DNA from: a virus
Taxonomy: Duplodnaviria > Caudoviricetes
Virus record (IMG/VR): IMGVR_UViG_3300012200_000001
Location: 13,863-77,862 of that record
Direction: 5' to 3' (one strand)
Length of the DNA stretch: 64,000 nt
Position 1 is the stretch's first letter, and every line of letters starts with the position of its first letter. The notes beneath the pieces are model-generated. The model did not search any database. It was not told where the DNA came from and saw only the letters and a program-made list of their open reading frames with translations. The translations under genes were made by a program, and so were the position numbers. Below are positions 62,622-64,000 of this stretch, one piece after another.

Positions 62622-62668
62622 CCGAGTGGACTAGTTATATCAATGATTAGCTGAAATAGTCCGCTCGG
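62622..62668. repeat. 12-bp inverted repeat flanking an AT-rich 23-nt core
   Basis: CCGAGTGGACTA / TAGTCCGCTCGG (one mismatch) around GTTATATCAATGATTAGCTGAAA. Confidence 0.7.
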
Positions 62669-63722
62669 ACATCGGCCCCCGGGCACTTCTTGCTAAGGAT
62701 ACCGGATGTTTTTGGGGTTAGCGGCCTTCGGGTGTCTAGCAGTCAAATACCCCGCCCGGTGACTAGGCCGGGCACAAATACTAGTGCTTAAAAATAGGAC
62801 GTAGTCCAAACGTCAGCATGTAGAGCACGAGTTGCCAGCTAGGCCACCGTCCAGGTTGACAGCGGCCGGGATGACCGGGGGGCAAATTGCAAGACCATCT
62901 TTTCTCGTTCCGTATCCACCACATGTAAATCATCCTTGCGTCGGAGAGCGTACAGAGCGAGGATGAAACCCGCTGGCCCCCACGGATGCGGCGGACGAAG
63001 GGACCAGCGGGCCGATGAACGAGCCGGTCACGCTACAAACATGCAACAACAATCCAGCTCGCCAGTGCTCACGGTAAAACCGTAAGCGATTCCTTAAAAG
63101 CACGGCTCCCTGAGTCGTGCAATCTTTTTGTGCTGGCACCAAACGTCGCTCCCCAACTAACAAATTTTCCCCCTGTGTATATCGGGGAAGGCCTCTTGCC
63201 GTTTCCTACGAATCAGCGCTGAAATGAGTGCGCCCGCCCCTAGCGGTTGTGAGGGACGGGCGCGTAAATCCGATTGGCTTACCAGCGGTCGGATTTGAGA
63301 ATCGCAATATATACCAGTCTTTGCGGTTTTCAAACCCCCCAGCCCAGCCAATCCACAGCCGGTAGTACCCGCGTACGTGCGGATTCAGGCGCTTACCAGC
63401 AGTCGATCCGGTCCGCATAATGGCAATGCCCAATGGATGGGAGAGCGTCGCACATGGGCAGGGAGCAGGCGAACCAACAGGCTCCCGAAGGCGCGAAAAG
63501 GCGGGAACAGGAACCGTCTTTAAAAAAACTGTTGGGGCGGCTCGCCGCTAGCAACCAACTCTTGGCTGTGGCCTGACGACCGCGTCAGCCTACAGTTGGG
63601 AGCTGGCTGGCGGCCTCACCTTCGGTGAGGGATTCTCCTGTTGAATTTCTCTCTCTCAATTAAGAAAAGACTCTCGCGAAGAAAAAAGAACAGACTCTAG
63701 AAACAAGTAAGATCCTCAGTAT

Positions 63723-63908
63723 GTGGCACTAGGGACCGCAAAAATGACCGGCAAAATGAATTGGCGACGTGCTCAACTTGATGGCCGCAGGAAGTTAGAT
63801 CATCGTTTTGAGAATGAGTTTCCAGATCGTGCCGAGAAATGGTTGAAAAAAGTTGAACAGCGCAGGAAGGCAGTGCAACGACCCGAAAGAATTGGAAAAG
63901 GGAGGTAG
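63723..63908 (+). CDS. Small basic hypothetical protein
   Basis: Arg/Lys-rich 61-aa ORF; the true start may be later. Confidence 0.55.
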   Translation: MALGTAKMTGKMNWRRAQLDGRRKLDHRFENEFPDRAEKWLKKVEQRRKAVQRPERIGKGR

Positions 63909-63912
63909 ACGC

Positions 63913-64000
63913 ATGACGGGCATGAAGGACCTATTTGGTGATCGGCTCTACGAGCAGCGCCGACCGACACCGACACAGCTCCGCGACGAGGGGCTCGCAT
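63913..64000 (+). CDS. Hypothetical protein, 5' fragment running off the window
   Basis: GGAGG RBS, ATG 63913, MTGMKDLFGDRLYEQRR..., no stop before the edge. Confidence 0.6.
   Translation, partial: MTGMKDLFGDRLYEQRRPTPTQLRDEGLA

Noticed and set aside
62604-62625. tRNA-like T-loop GGTTCGAATCC
   Set aside because: Only two base pairs of a T-stem form (CAGGG against CCGCC), and no acceptor, D or anticodon arms could be built.
1-64000. Calling this an integrated prophage, temperate phage or diversity-generating retroelement carrier
   Set aside because: No integrase, clear CI-like repressor, att site, host flanking genes or reverse transcriptase is visible. Lifestyle cannot be determined from this window.

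Overview
The whole 64 kb window is a tailed dsDNA bacteriophage genome segment with siphovirus-type morphogenesis genes. The host is probably an alphaproteobacterium such as a Hyphomicrobiales member (inferred from gene content only). The window opens inside terL. It then runs through an accessory/lysis block (2.5-11.4 kb), a head block (DUF1073-type portal, MuF, DUF2213-type protease/scaffold, decoration protein, DUF2184-type capsid; 11.5-24 kb), and head-appendage, neck and tail genes (24-47.4 kb). A four-domain glycosyl/methyltransferase ends the late region. A mostly leftward early block follows (HNH, RecT, RecE-like exonuclease, divergent GapR-like and RuvC-like genes, ParB-MT-A70, ParB-like), then about 1.2 kb of structured non-coding DNA. 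No integrase, repressor, polymerase, tRNA or CRISPR array was seen. The most striking feature is the head cluster. Three consecutive head genes are polyproteins whose unrelated enzyme domains (JAB, ADP-ribosyltransferase-like, HhH-glycosylase-like, ChaB, cysteine-dioxygenase-like cupin, ParB/Srx-like, Zn finger) are separated by recurring Asp-preceded linker peptides (D-[YFW]DP[DE]QxR..G.[WF], D-E[AE]AGHPFRGNQYT). The last polyprotein ends in the prohead protease and scaffold, suggesting a protease-processed capsid cargo system. The second highlight is a duplicated virion-appendage module, each copy next to glycosyltransferase genes, suggesting virion glycosylation. All family assignments come from motif recognition by eye and need HMM or structure confirmation.
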